Assembly (NCBI GenBank): GCA_038859955.1
Contig: JAWCEH010000002.1
Span: 3,306 to 67,305 of the forward strand
Source of the DNA: Candidatus Bathyarchaeia archaeon
GTDB taxonomy: Archaea > Thermoproteota > Bathyarchaeia > Bathyarchaeales > DTEX01
Length of the DNA: 64,000 nt
Direction of reading: 5' to 3'
Part shown: positions 9,064 to 18,845 of the stretch, one piece after another
Numbering within the stretch: position 1 is the stretch's first letter
Layout of the letters: every line of letters begins with the position of its first letter
Notes under the pieces: generated by a model
Seen by the model: only the letters and a program-made list of their open reading frames with translations
Database searches by the model: none
What the model was told of the DNA's origin: nothing
Made by a program: the position numbers and the translations under genes

Positions 9064-10881
9064 CTACAAAATCTCTTCTCTAAGTCTTAGAAGAATCTCT
9101 TCAACCACTCCTTCCGCCGCATTTCTCCTGCTCTCGTATTCCTCAACGAGTTTGCGGCGTACCTCGGCGGATAAATCTCCCCTCCGATATTTAAGCTCAA
9201 CATCGGATATACTCCTCTTCATAGCCTCGATCTCAGCGTTCGCCGCATCAAACCGTCTCATCATATCAGCATAATGGCCCCCAGCAGACTCGATCTCATC
9301 TTTTAGTTCATTAAATCTCCTCTGAAGGGACGATAGTTGTTCATCGAGTATTTTCATTCGTAATTTATATTGACGTCTGGAAATCTTTCCTTTTCTGGAC
9401 TGTTGCTCTAAAGATTCCATCTCGGACATTATGCGCTCCTTCTTTTCATAAACCTCTATGAAATTTTTTAGGGTCTCAAGAGAAACAGGTAACTGAGCAG
9501 CGCGTATGGTTTCAGTCTCGCTAGTCGACCTAATAAACATTAAGGCTAGTCCAGTTAAGCCAATTAAGATTACTGCTAACAATGTTGGTCTAAAAGCAAT
9601 CCAGAAGACCATATATTGATATTTTATGTTTAAAACGCTTAAACTCTCAAATTTTGTAATATTATAGCGCTCCATTACTGCTTGTTCCTGAAAGAAACCG
9701 ATTTTCTCAAGTTTAACTTTAATATCTAAATTCTCCTGAACGAAGCTAGCCCCCTCAGGCAAAATAACTTTAGTAACAACTCGATATATAATCCACTCAT
9801 CTGGCTTCGTTAGATTAATGTTTAACGCATAATTTAGCCAACCATTTTTACTAATATATTTCCAGAATGGCAGTCCATAAGACACCGCTATTCTTGCTTT
9901 ATCGCTATTTTTCAATTTATCACTTATTGTGATTTGCACAATTACACTGGAATTCTTCTTTGTAATCCACACTTGGCTCTTTGGGTATACATCATAAGCG
10001 TCATAGACTGTTATATCAGTTGCATCAGCCGGGAGATTAATGGTTACTTCATTGACATTAACCATTTTTGTCTCGTAAAAATCAGTTACAGCAATTTTAC
10101 CCCAACCATCAATAGTTATCTCTCTCTTCATGCATAGAAACTTTAACAGATTAAAAGTTGAGCTTGAGAACCTTACCCATGAGGAAAGGTTTGTATATGC
10201 TTTAAGTGGGCTAGTTAAATTATAAAGCTCTCTGAAGTCGCTAGATTTATTAAGAAAAACTTCTTGCGGATAATCATCTCGAGCTACTGTAGCCGTCGAG
10301 GGGAATACAACTGTAATATTACAGTACTGGGCATCTTCTTCTAAAATTGGGTATAGCGGGAAAACTGCGAAAAATCTGTTTTTACCCGCTACTTTTATCA
10401 GTTCTGTGAAAATGTATGTCACCGTGAAACTATAGGTTCCATTGCCAAATACCGTAACTGGCTTAGGGAAGGAGATTTTAAACCACTGGAAGACATCGTC
10501 GCTTTCAGCGAGACTTATTATCAGGCTTCCATTAACATCATAAGCAGAGTAATAAATAAGATTGCTGCTGTAATTTTTGGGTATGCCGACAGTATAATTT
10601 ATACGAGAACGTGCAATTAAAAAGATTAAATCTGACATATTTCCAAGTGTAGACCATGAGAGTGTGAATGTGTCGTTTATCATCACATATCCTTTACTGA
10701 GAAACTCTATTCTCCTATTCACGATGGTGGACTCATTTATAGAAAGGTATATTTCCCGAGAATTCGAGGGCTCCTCAGGACTTTCTTCGGCCTTCACAGC
10801 ATTTTTTGGCAAATATGCGATAAGCGAAAGTGAGATTAAGAGTAGACAGATTATTGCCTCATATTTATTTTTTAGTCCCAA
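9064..10881 (-). CDS. Secreted, membrane-anchored protein with a ribophorin I (OST1)-like ectodomain, one C-proximal TM helix and a cytoplasmic coiled-coil tail
   Basis: Signal/anchor sequence AIICLLLISLSLIAYL, many N-x-S/T sequons, and TM helix LLAVILIGLTGLALMFI followed by about 150 aa of heptad-like charged sequence. Motifs KREITIDGWGKIAVTDFYE and VTKVILPEGASF resemble, in order, ribophorin I blocks recalled as SHWGNIAVEE and KIILPEGAKN. Confidence 0.55.
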   Translation of the reverse strand: MGLKNKYEAIICLLLISLSLIAYLPKNAVKAEESPEEPSNSREIYLSINESTIVNRRIEFLSKGYVMINDTFTLSWSTLGNMSDLIFLIARSRINYTVGIPKNYSSNLIYYSAYDVNGSLIISLAESDDVFQWFKISFPKPVTVFGNGTYSFTVTYIFTELIKVAGKNRFFAVFPLYPILEEDAQYCNITVVFPSTATVARDDYPQEVFLNKSSDFRELYNLTSPLKAYTNLSSWVRFSSSTFNLLKFLCMKREITIDGWGKIAVTDFYETKMVNVNEVTINLPADATDITVYDAYDVYPKSQVWITKKNSSVIVQITISDKLKNSDKARIAVSYGLPFWKYISKNGWLNYALNINLTKPDEWIIYRVVTKVILPEGASFVQENLDIKVKLEKIGFFQEQAVMERYNITKFESLSVLNIKYQYMVFWIAFRPTLLAVILIGLTGLALMFIRSTSETETIRAAQLPVSLETLKNFIEVYEKKERIMSEMESLEQQSRKGKISRRQYKLRMKILDEQLSSLQRRFNELKDEIESAGGHYADMMRRFDAANAEIEAMKRSISDVELKYRRGDLSAEVRRKLVEEYESRRNAAEGVVEEILLRLREEIL

Positions 10882-10989
10882 CTTCCGTAGCTCCTATCAC
10901 GTGATACTTAACGAGATTAATAACTAGGAGAACTATGTAGAGATATAAATCTTTTAAAAGTTACGCCTCATTCTAAGGGTTTTTGGCAT

Positions 10990-11352
10990 CTATCCATAGC
11001 CGGCTTCCCTAAGATAATACGCTTCTTCCTTCTTTGGTCCAAAACTTCTTATACCCTTAGCCTTCAACTGTTTTCTTAGGCTTGATGCGTATTGCTGATT
11101 TATTTCGCCTCTCTTTTCTAAGTAAGTTATTATTTCTTCAGCTTGCTGTTCATTATCACATCTTCTAAGGAAATCGATTACATCTGGATTATAACCATCG
11201 AATTTTTTTGATACTACTTTTTCTCCTTCTTGTGGGTCTAACCTTATAGAGGATATTGTTACCTTGTTTTCTTTGCCCTCCATCTCTCTGGCGAGATTAG
11301 GGAACATCTTTCTAAACTGCTCTTTGTCAATCTCCATTACTTCTAACCTCAA
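10990..11352 (-). CDS. Conserved archaeal hypothetical protein (possibly DUF2095-like)
   Basis: 120-aa ORF, co-directional and tightly spaced with its neighbours, with protein-like composition. The family name is recalled from memory only. Confidence 0.6.
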   Translation of the reverse strand: MRLEVMEIDKEQFRKMFPNLAREMEGKENKVTISSIRLDPQEGEKVVSKKFDGYNPDVIDFLRRCDNEQQAEEIITYLEKRGEINQQYASSLRKQLKAKGIRSFGPKKEEAYYLREAGYG

Positions 11353-11390
11353 TCCTAAATTTTTCTATGTTAAATGTGCTTAAAATACTT

Positions 11391-12032
11391 TCAGTGCGCA
11401 TCCAATCTCCTCTTTTTAGGGATAAATTTCTGAAGAGGATTTTTCGCAAGAATATCTGTTAGCTGTTCAATACTTAAGCCCTTTTTTAAATCGCCATAAA
11501 TCTCACAGTATTCTTTCTTATCTATATCTTCAGGGCTCCTAACAATTACTTCCACTTTATCTCCAGACGGCAATTCCAAGAAAATATGGGTTGTCTCGCC
11601 GCTTCCATCTTTTGCTGCGGGTGTTACTTCTACACTTGTTATTTTCAAGCCCTTTTCACTAAGAAACTTAATGACCGAATCCTTATTCCATGAGAAAGTG
11701 ATAATGTCGATATCACTGTTTTTGTTTACTGTTCCCCTCCAAACGCTACCTATAAGCCTTGGATGGAAATCCTTTAAGGTTTCCATCATCTCGAGAGCTT
11801 CCATGCGCATACGTGTTAAGCGGTCCAATCTTTCATCCCCTTCATATTCATCTGCAATTGAATCTAGCTCCTCAGCAATTTCTAGGTTTGTTGGAAGAAT
11901 TCTTAGGCCAAGCACCTTAGCAGCTCGCTCTTTAGCCTGCTTGAACTCGGTTTCTTGTAAAGTATATAACAATAGAGCGGCTTCTCGAGCAACTTTCCTT
12001 CTTAAAAAGTTTGAGGAAAAATCTCTAGCCAT
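11391..12032 (-). CDS. Pol-beta superfamily nucleotidyltransferase-domain protein
   Basis: GSVWRGTVNKNSDIDIITF matches the G[SG]x9-13DhD nucleotidyltransferase motif. It sits upstream of, and co-directional with, the DUF2095-like gene. Confidence 0.7.
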   Translation of the reverse strand: MARDFSSNFLRRKVAREAALLLYTLQETEFKQAKERAAKVLGLRILPTNLEIAEELDSIADEYEGDERLDRLTRMRMEALEMMETLKDFHPRLIGSVWRGTVNKNSDIDIITFSWNKDSVIKFLSEKGLKITSVEVTPAAKDGSGETTHIFLELPSGDKVEVIVRSPEDIDKKEYCEIYGDLKKGLSIEQLTDILAKNPLQKFIPKKRRLDAH

Positions 12033-12078
12033 AATAAACTAAACCAAAACAATTCTCTACATGAAATATCTTGTTTGG

Positions 12079-12768
12079 TTATTTGGTTTCCTCATTAGCG
12101 GTCTTTTCTATAATTTCTTCAACTTCAGATACTTTAGGTTCCGAAACTATTTCAGCTTTTATTTTCTCACCAGAAATTAATGCTTGAATTTCCGGTCTTG
12201 AGAGCAGCTTTGACTTTCTTATACCTACATGGCGTAAGGGTGTTACCTTTTTTGCCTCATTATAAATATCTGATGCTATTTTTCCAAGAACCGCTTCCTG
12301 CACAAACTGGTCAAATGTTAATGATCTTGCTTTATCTTCAATTATCTTTTTCATCACTGCGCGTATCTCCTTCTCCTGAGATGTCTTTATTCTGGTCGTT
12401 GTGAAAGCAGATGCAGCAACTCTCAACTTATAATTGTCTTTTGTTGTTACATCAAATATTCCATCAACCTTAGTTGTTTTTCTTCTAATTAGGCTTCTAA
12501 GGTAGTCTCTTGAATACTCATGTCCCTTAAATATTGTTAGGGCTCTTCGACCATCGATATTAACGACTTGAAAGTATGTTTTTAAGTATTGATGGGCGAA
12601 GTCCTCTGTTATATCGTACAGAGTTGCCTCAACAACTCTGCCCAAAATCTTTTGCGGATCGTCTGCAGGTATAGATCCTATTTCAACGCTTCCGAAATAG
12701 GGTGGAGCCACTATGGTATACCATTTTTTGCTACGCCATTTATCCTTAACACGAGTGCTCTTCGACAA
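12079..12768 (-). CDS. rps3ae: 30S ribosomal protein S3Ae (eS1)
   Basis: KDKWRSKKWYTIVAPPYFG and the rest of the sequence are typical of S3Ae. It carries an acidic C-terminal tail. Confidence 0.92.
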   Translation of the reverse strand: MSKSTRVKDKWRSKKWYTIVAPPYFGSVEIGSIPADDPQKILGRVVEATLYDITEDFAHQYLKTYFQVVNIDGRRALTIFKGHEYSRDYLRSLIRRKTTKVDGIFDVTTKDNYKLRVAASAFTTTRIKTSQEKEIRAVMKKIIEDKARSLTFDQFVQEAVLGKIASDIYNEAKKVTPLRHVGIRKSKLLSRPEIQALISGEKIKAEIVSEPKVSEVEEIIEKTANEETK

Positions 12769-12893
12769 TTGTTACATCACCGTACCCAGAATAATGAGTT
12801 AGGGTTATATTAAAGGTTTGCTGAAGACATATCAACAAACACATTTATATTAATCTGAGCGACATTTTTTCTTTCTTAGGGCGGCTGCTAAAG

Positions 12894-14180
12894 ATGATCG
12901 ATGTAAAGCTAGTAAGAGAAAAAACCGATTTTGTTAGGGAAAATATAAGGCGTAGAAACGATCCGGAGAAACTAAAGGCTCTTGAGGAGTTTATAGAGGC
13001 AGACAAGAGATGGCGTGTATTGCAGACTGAACTAAACAGCCTTAGAAAAAAGAGGAATGAACTAAGTATTAAGATTGCCCAGAAAAAGAAGATGGGAGAA
13101 GATGAAAGCCACCTACTTTTTGAGGCTGAAAGACTCCAAGATGAAATAAAAATTTTAGAGAGACAAGTCGAAGATTATGGACGTAAGGCAAAGAGTTTGC
13201 TTATGCGGATACCAAATTTACTTCACGAGTCGGTCCCCTATGGTCGTGACGAAAGCGACAACATTGAAATAAAGAGGTGGGGTTCACCACCAAAATTCGA
13301 TTTCCCACCAAAAAGCCATTTAGAAATAGCATTAGATCTAGGATTAGTGGATGAAGAAAGAGCTAATAAGGTTGCTGGATCAGGTTTCTTCTACTTAAAG
13401 GATGAACTTGTTCTGCTTGATTTCGCAATACAGAGATTTGCAATAGATTTTCTAAGAAGGCGTGGCTTCATATTAGTTGAGCCTCCGTTTATGCTTCGAA
13501 GAAAGCCCTATGAGGGGTGCGTGGATCTTGCCGATTTTGAGACGGTAATGTATAAGATTGAGGGTGAAGACCTTTACTTAATCGCGACTAGTGAACATCC
13601 AATAGCAGCTATGTACATGGATGAAACACTTGATAAAAATCAGCTTCCACTAAAATTTGTTGGGGTGAGCACTAATTTTAGGCGTGAAATTGGAGCGCAT
13701 GGCAAGTATACTAAGGGATTTTTCCGAATGCATCAATTTAATAAGATTGAACAATTCGTCTTCTGTCTTCCCGATCAGTCCTGGGAAATCCATGAAGAAC
13801 TACAAAGGAACTGCGAGGAAATGTATCAGATGCTTGGTCTACACTACCGTGTAGTTAACGTTTGCACTGGAGATATAGGTTCCGTAGCGGCTAAAAAATA
13901 TGATACAGAAGTTTGGATGGTTGATGGAAAGTTCAGGGAGATAGGCTCAAACTCAAACTGTACGGACTATCAAGCAAGAAGACTCAACATTAAATATCGA
14001 GAAGGACCTGGGAAGCCGCCTAAGGGGTACGTACATACACTTAACAGTACGGCTCTGGCAACAAGTAGGACCATGATAGCGATTCTGGAACATTATCAAC
14101 AAAAGGATGGGTCTGTTATAGTACCGGAAGTTTTAAGACCTTATATGAATGGTATAGAAAGGATAGAGCGTAGCGGATAG
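12894..14180 (+). CDS. serS: Seryl-tRNA synthetase
   Basis: N-terminal coiled-coil arm plus a class-II core (FRREIGAHGKYTKGFFRMHQFNKIE, GSNSNCTDYQARRL). Confidence 0.93.
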   Translation: MIDVKLVREKTDFVRENIRRRNDPEKLKALEEFIEADKRWRVLQTELNSLRKKRNELSIKIAQKKKMGEDESHLLFEAERLQDEIKILERQVEDYGRKAKSLLMRIPNLLHESVPYGRDESDNIEIKRWGSPPKFDFPPKSHLEIALDLGLVDEERANKVAGSGFFYLKDELVLLDFAIQRFAIDFLRRRGFILVEPPFMLRRKPYEGCVDLADFETVMYKIEGEDLYLIATSEHPIAAMYMDETLDKNQLPLKFVGVSTNFRREIGAHGKYTKGFFRMHQFNKIEQFVFCLPDQSWEIHEELQRNCEEMYQMLGLHYRVVNVCTGDIGSVAAKKYDTEVWMVDGKFREIGSNSNCTDYQARRLNIKYREGPGKPPKGYVHTLNSTALATSRTMIAILEHYQQKDGSVIVPEVLRPYMNGIERIERSG

Positions 14181-14199
14181 AGTCTGCTGGTGAGAAACA

Positions 14200-15174
14200 A
14201 TGTCAAGTCCGGAGGTTATTGGCATAGGTGAGATTTTAATTGATTTTATTGCAACAGAGCCAGTTTCATATATCGAGGCCTCAGCATTTAAGAAGTTTTT
14301 TGGTGGAGCGCCAATGAATACGCTTGTCGGGGTAGTTAGGTTAGGGTCAACGGCTGGCGCTATAACGGTTATTGGTGACGACCCCTTTGGGCAATTTCTC
14401 TTAAAAGAGCTCAAAAATAATGGAGTTGACGTATCACATGTTAAAGTTAAGAAAAATGTTAGAACAACATTAGCCTTTGTTGCTAATGAACCTGAAACTG
14501 GTGAGCGGACATTCATATTTTACAAAAGCCCATGGGTAAGAGGGACCTCAGTTGACTCTTTAACGCCAGAGGATATTGATTATAATTATATTTCATCTGC
14601 AAAATTTCTTCATGTCTCCGGATTCGCCCTTTCACAGAACCCGACAAGGAGAGCGATTTTCGCGGCCATAACGCATGCCAAGAAAAAAGGGGTTAAAGTC
14701 TCATTTGATCCGACCTTAAGATTTGATGTATGGAGATCGGAGGGAACGATAAGAATTGTTTATAACAAGGTACTTAAGGCATCTGATATAGCAACGTTCT
14801 CACGCGAAGAAGCGGAGTTTGTATTAGGGACAAAAGACCCTGAGAAAGCGGCGGATAAAGCTCTGAAGTACGGTGTTGAAGTCGTTGGAATAAAACTTGG
14901 CGAGAAGGGATCTTTAGTAAAAACTAAAGATGGAAAATGCGTCTTTGAACCAGCCTTTAAAGTGAAAGCTGTGGATACCACTGGTGCTGGCGATGGATGG
15001 AATGCTGGCCTACTTATCGGTCTACTCAAGGGTTGGGATCTCGAAAAATGCGTTAAGGTAGCCAATGCCGTTGGAGCTCTGGTGGTTACTAAGCACGGTG
15101 CAATAACGGCTTTACCTTATAGAGATGAGTTGAACCAATTTATCAAGGAGCAAGGCTTAGGAATAGAAGTCTAA
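14200..15174 (+). CDS. PfkB-family carbohydrate kinase (fructokinase / KDG kinase-like)
   Basis: The GGAP N-terminal motif and the DTTGAGDGWNAG C-terminal signature are typical of the ribokinase/PfkB family. Confidence 0.85.
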   Translation: MSSPEVIGIGEILIDFIATEPVSYIEASAFKKFFGGAPMNTLVGVVRLGSTAGAITVIGDDPFGQFLLKELKNNGVDVSHVKVKKNVRTTLAFVANEPETGERTFIFYKSPWVRGTSVDSLTPEDIDYNYISSAKFLHVSGFALSQNPTRRAIFAAITHAKKKGVKVSFDPTLRFDVWRSEGTIRIVYNKVLKASDIATFSREEAEFVLGTKDPEKAADKALKYGVEVVGIKLGEKGSLVKTKDGKCVFEPAFKVKAVDTTGAGDGWNAGLLIGLLKGWDLEKCVKVANAVGALVVTKHGAITALPYRDELNQFIKEQGLGIEV

Positions 15175-15254
15175 CCATTCATGATAATTTATATACGATA
15201 AATAATAATGGCACAGGAGAATAATTTAAAATACTGTTGAAAATCCATATATTA

Positions 15255-16283
15255 CTACTCAAAGAAAACTTTAGCCTCATCGTATAGTTTTTGGTCAACC
15301 TGCTTCGTTTTTCCGGTTGCGTCTGAGAGTGGTACCGTGGTTATTTCACCAGCTTTAAATGCAACCATTAGGCCGAATTTTCCTTCCTTAACTAAGTCTA
15401 CTGCTGCCAATCCATATCTCGTAGCTATTATACGGTCAATAGCTGTAGGCGAACCGCCCCTAATTGTATGTGCGGGAACAACATATCTAGTTTCAATACC
15501 TAAAGATTTCTCAAGCTCCTTTGCCAGAAATTCGCCAATGCCACCAAGGTAAACATGCCCAAACTGATCGACTTTAACATCTTTAGTTATCGGGCCCTTA
15601 TAATCTTTGATTAGGGCGCCCTCAGCGACAACTATCACTAATGATTTCTGTCCGCACTCCAACTTTTTCCTCACGAAGTTTGCCACGTTTTCTATACTAA
15701 ATGGTTCTTCAGGTATTAATATTAGGTCGGCCCCAGCAGCTAACCCAGAGTATAGTGCAATCCATCCAGCATGTCTACCCATGATCTCAACAATAAAGAC
15801 CCTCTCATGAGCGTCGGCTGTAGCTTTAATATTTTCTATTTGATGCATTGCTTCATTAATAGCAGTGTCGAAGCCTATTGTGTGCTCAGTTCCCGGAACA
15901 TCGTAATCGATCGTCTTTGGAACGCCAACGACATTAAGTCCGGCGTCACTTAGTGCTTTAGCGACACTTAACGTGTCATCTCCGCCAATGGCTATCAAAG
16001 CATTTATGCCTAGTTTCGTGAAGTTTTCCGTAATTCTTTTTATTCCATCCGGCTGCTTCAATGGATTGGTTCGGGAAGTTTTAATTATTGTTCCACCCAT
16101 TCCAATAATATCCTTAATATTTTCGTATTTTAGCGGTACAGCATCTCCCTCGAGCATCCCAGCCCAACCACGCCTAATGCCCAAAACTTCGAAGCCATAT
16201 TTCTCGCATTTTTTCACTATTGCCCTTATCGCGGCGTTAAGCCCTGGCGCATCTCCACCTCCAGTCAAGACACCAATTCGCAT
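15255..16283 (-). CDS. 6-phosphofructokinase (PFK-A family) with PPi-dependent-type signature residues
   Basis: MRIGVLTGGGDAPGLNA, IGGDDTLS, PKTIDYD and MGRHAGW. I chose the second ATG (16283) because GGAGG lies about 11 nt upstream and the family normally starts MRIGVL. Confidence 0.88.
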   Translation of the reverse strand: MRIGVLTGGGDAPGLNAAIRAIVKKCEKYGFEVLGIRRGWAGMLEGDAVPLKYENIKDIIGMGGTIIKTSRTNPLKQPDGIKRITENFTKLGINALIAIGGDDTLSVAKALSDAGLNVVGVPKTIDYDVPGTEHTIGFDTAINEAMHQIENIKATADAHERVFIVEIMGRHAGWIALYSGLAAGADLILIPEEPFSIENVANFVRKKLECGQKSLVIVVAEGALIKDYKGPITKDVKVDQFGHVYLGGIGEFLAKELEKSLGIETRYVVPAHTIRGGSPTAIDRIIATRYGLAAVDLVKEGKFGLMVAFKAGEITTVPLSDATGKTKQVDQKLYDEAKVFFE

Positions 16284-16439
16284 TTTTAACTTTCCCTCCA
16301 AATTCATTCTTTCCTCAAATATAAAGAAGATTTAAAAGAAAAGTTTTTCGTTTTCTTCATCAACTCATCGTTAATGTTAAGTGTTTTAAGTAAGTTTGAG
16401 TCTTATGTTTTCCTTGTATATGAAGAGGGCCGAGCGCTA

Positions 16440-18086
16440 ATGGTAAAATACATATTTGTTACAGGCGGTGTGCTAAGCTCGGTAGGAAAGGGAATCGTCA
16501 CATCCTCCGTTGGCAAGATGCTCCAGTTTAGAGGATTCTCAGCCACAGTAATTAAGATAGATCCCTACGTGAATGTTGATGCTGGAACAATGAATCCTTA
16601 CATTCACGGCGAAATCTTCGTCACCGAAGATGGGGGTGAAACGGATTTAGATTTGGGCTGGTACGAAAGATTCCTGGACATTAACCTATCTAAGGAGAAT
16701 AATATTACAACTGGACAAGTATATCAAACAGTTATTGAGATGGAAAGACGCGGTGATTTTCTTGGGAAATGCGTTCAAATAATTCCGCATATAACTGATG
16801 AAATAAAACGTAGAATACGAACAGTCGCGGAGAAATCAAATGTAGACGTCGTTCTAACAGAATGTGGCGGAACTGTAGGCGATATTGAGGGACTACCGTT
16901 CTTGGAGGCTATAAGGCAAATGCGCTTGGAGGAAGGTTACGAGAACACCCTCTACATACATGTGGCTTTAGTACCTATACTTGACGTGACATCTGAGATG
17001 AAGACTAAGCCGCTTCAGCATAGTGTAAATGAACTACGCAGAATAGGCATTCAGCCGGATGTAATAGTTTCCAGATGCATGAAAATGATTAGCAGAGATG
17101 TTCTAGAAAAAATCGCGCTGTTCGGAACAATACCTAAGGAGGCTGTGTTCTGCTCATATAATGTGCCATCGATTTATAGGGTTCCATTAATTTTGGAGGA
17201 GCAGGGAATGGGTGACTATATATGTAAACGTCTTGGTTTAGTGCCAAAAAGACTTAACGCTGAGGAAATAGAGAGGTGGAAGAATTTTGTTGAAACAATA
17301 GAAAACTGCAAATATGCGGTGAGAGTGGCTCTTGTCGGCAAGTATACTGGGCTAACTGATAGCTACGTGAGCATGAATGAAGCGTTCAAACACGCTGGCG
17401 CAGCTTGCAACGCAAAGGTTATGATAGATTTTATTGAAGCAGAAAAATTTGAGAAAAATCCAGAGAAAATTGATGAACTTAAAAATTATGATGGCATATT
17501 TGTTCCCTATGGTTTTGGACCGCGTGGAACCGCTGGAAAGATTATGGCTATTCAGTTTGCTAGAGAGCATAATATACCATTTTTAGGAATATGTTACGGT
17601 TTTCAGTTGGCGGTTGTTGAGTTTGCAAGGAATGCTTGTGGATTAAAGGACGCAAACAGTACAGAAATAGACGACGAAACACCACACCCTGTAATAGATT
17701 TAATGCCTGAACAACATCAAACAGTATATAAAGGGGCAACTATGCGCTTAGGAACCCACAAAATAATTGTCAAGGAGGAGACATTAGCCTATCAATTATA
17801 CGGCGCTACGGAGATATATGAAAGACATAGGCATAGATACGAGGTTAACCCAGACTATATAAGTATACTAGAGAGATATGGGCTTATCTTCTCTGGAAGA
17901 AGCCCAGATGGTAGGCGCATGGAAATTCTTGAATTACCAAACAAGTTCTTCTTTCTTGCATCACAATTTCATGGAGAATTCAAAAGTAGACCGGGGAAAC
18001 CGAGTCCTGCATACTATGGTTTTGTTAAAGCATGCCTTGACAAAAAGCTTGGAAGGAGCAAACCAGAATTCTGGACAAAAAGTTAA
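16440..18086 (+). CDS. pyrG: CTP synthase
   Basis: MVKYIFVTGGVLSSVGKGI is the canonical N-terminus, so the 22-aa extension in the track was dropped. A GATase domain with GICYGFQ and HRHRYEVN is also present. Confidence 0.93.
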   Translation: MVKYIFVTGGVLSSVGKGIVTSSVGKMLQFRGFSATVIKIDPYVNVDAGTMNPYIHGEIFVTEDGGETDLDLGWYERFLDINLSKENNITTGQVYQTVIEMERRGDFLGKCVQIIPHITDEIKRRIRTVAEKSNVDVVLTECGGTVGDIEGLPFLEAIRQMRLEEGYENTLYIHVALVPILDVTSEMKTKPLQHSVNELRRIGIQPDVIVSRCMKMISRDVLEKIALFGTIPKEAVFCSYNVPSIYRVPLILEEQGMGDYICKRLGLVPKRLNAEEIERWKNFVETIENCKYAVRVALVGKYTGLTDSYVSMNEAFKHAGAACNAKVMIDFIEAEKFEKNPEKIDELKNYDGIFVPYGFGPRGTAGKIMAIQFAREHNIPFLGICYGFQLAVVEFARNACGLKDANSTEIDDETPHPVIDLMPEQHQTVYKGATMRLGTHKIIVKEETLAYQLYGATEIYERHRHRYEVNPDYISILERYGLIFSGRSPDGRRMEILELPNKFFFLASQFHGEFKSRPGKPSPAYYGFVKACLDKKLGRSKPEFWTKS

Positions 18087-18127
18087 TTAACTAAGATTTA
18101 AAATATTGAATCTGGTGAAACCAAGCC

Positions 18128-18304
18128 TTGAGCAGCAGAAGGGAGAAACGTAGACAAAGAACTGCGCCCGCGCCAGCTACAGGCGCTGGATTACTGAGGT
18201 TTTTTGAGGAAGAAAGTTTGGGAGTAAAAATAAGGCCTAGGACATTAATTGTACTAACTGTAGCGTTTATTATAATATGCATAGTTATTCAGTTCTCGGT
18301 TTAG
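18128..18304 (+). CDS. secG: Preprotein translocase subunit Sec61-beta (archaeal SecG), a small ORF missing from the track
   Basis: Own translation from TTG 18128 gives (M)SSRREKRRQRTAPAPATGAGLLRFFEEESLGVKIRPRTLIVLTVAFIIICIVIQFSV*. This is a basic N-terminus, the GAGLxRFFxEE motif and a single C-terminal TM tail anchor. An in-frame TGA lies 9 nt upstream (18116-18118). Confidence 0.8.
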   Translation: MSSRREKRRQRTAPAPATGAGLLRFFEEESLGVKIRPRTLIVLTVAFIIICIVIQFSV

Positions 18305-18340
18305 AAACAAAATATTATTATACGAGTTTGCTTCTCTCGC

Positions 18341-18619
18341 TTAATCTTCATGTAGTATTTCAATTCTTTGAACATAATTGAGGTTTATGAAAATCTCGCT
18401 ACGTTCTTCTCTACTCACAACCTGCGGTATTGGTTGAGCTACGGTAGATCTTAAAACAGTTGCCACAGCTTCCGAGAGCCATATACCTGGAGGCTCGATT
18501 GTGACTGCAGCTAGTTTACCCTCAAAACCATAAGAAGACCCCATTATAACGTGAATCCTCTTCCCCAAATGTCTTTCGAGCATATGGAAGATTGTTACGG
18601 GAACAGATCTATCTGACAT
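18341..18619 (-). CDS. Hypothetical protein, possibly Sm-fold
   Basis: 92-aa ORF. LGKRIHVIMGSSYGFEGKLAAVTIEPPGIWLSEA resembles the Sm1/Sm2 strand pattern, but only weakly. Confidence 0.5.
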   Translation of the reverse strand: MSDRSVPVTIFHMLERHLGKRIHVIMGSSYGFEGKLAAVTIEPPGIWLSEAVATVLRSTVAQPIPQVVSREERSEIFINLNYVQRIEILHED

Positions 18620-18845
18620 AACCTTTCATAAGAATACTCCGCAAAAATGAAAATAAACCTTTCTGTCTAATAAAAGCAAAAAATAAGTCTAATGGCAAAT
18701 GAAAAGTAGAGTGCGTGCTTGCATTATTTTTCTCATTTTCTAGAAAATTCGGATTAATAGATTGAAGAAAGAAACAGAAGAATGTAAAACTAGCATTCTA
18801 TAAATATTTCTGATAACTCAGTATATAATTCATCGGGGAATTAAG

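Noticed and set aside
11391-12032. Nucleotidyltransferase as the antitoxin of an MNT/HEPN toxin-antitoxin pair
   Set aside because: No HEPN partner is adjacent. The protein is larger than minimal MNTs and sits in a conserved-looking housekeeping operon with S3Ae.
16374-16439. 22-codon N-terminal extension of pyrG in the track
   Set aside because: CTP synthases start at the conserved M(x)KYIFVTGG, so the internal ATG at 16440 fits. The extension has no counterpart in the family.
18091-18282. 63-aa minus-strand ORF from the track
   Set aside because: It is antisense to a much better supported Sec61-beta gene on the plus strand, and its composition is not protein-like.
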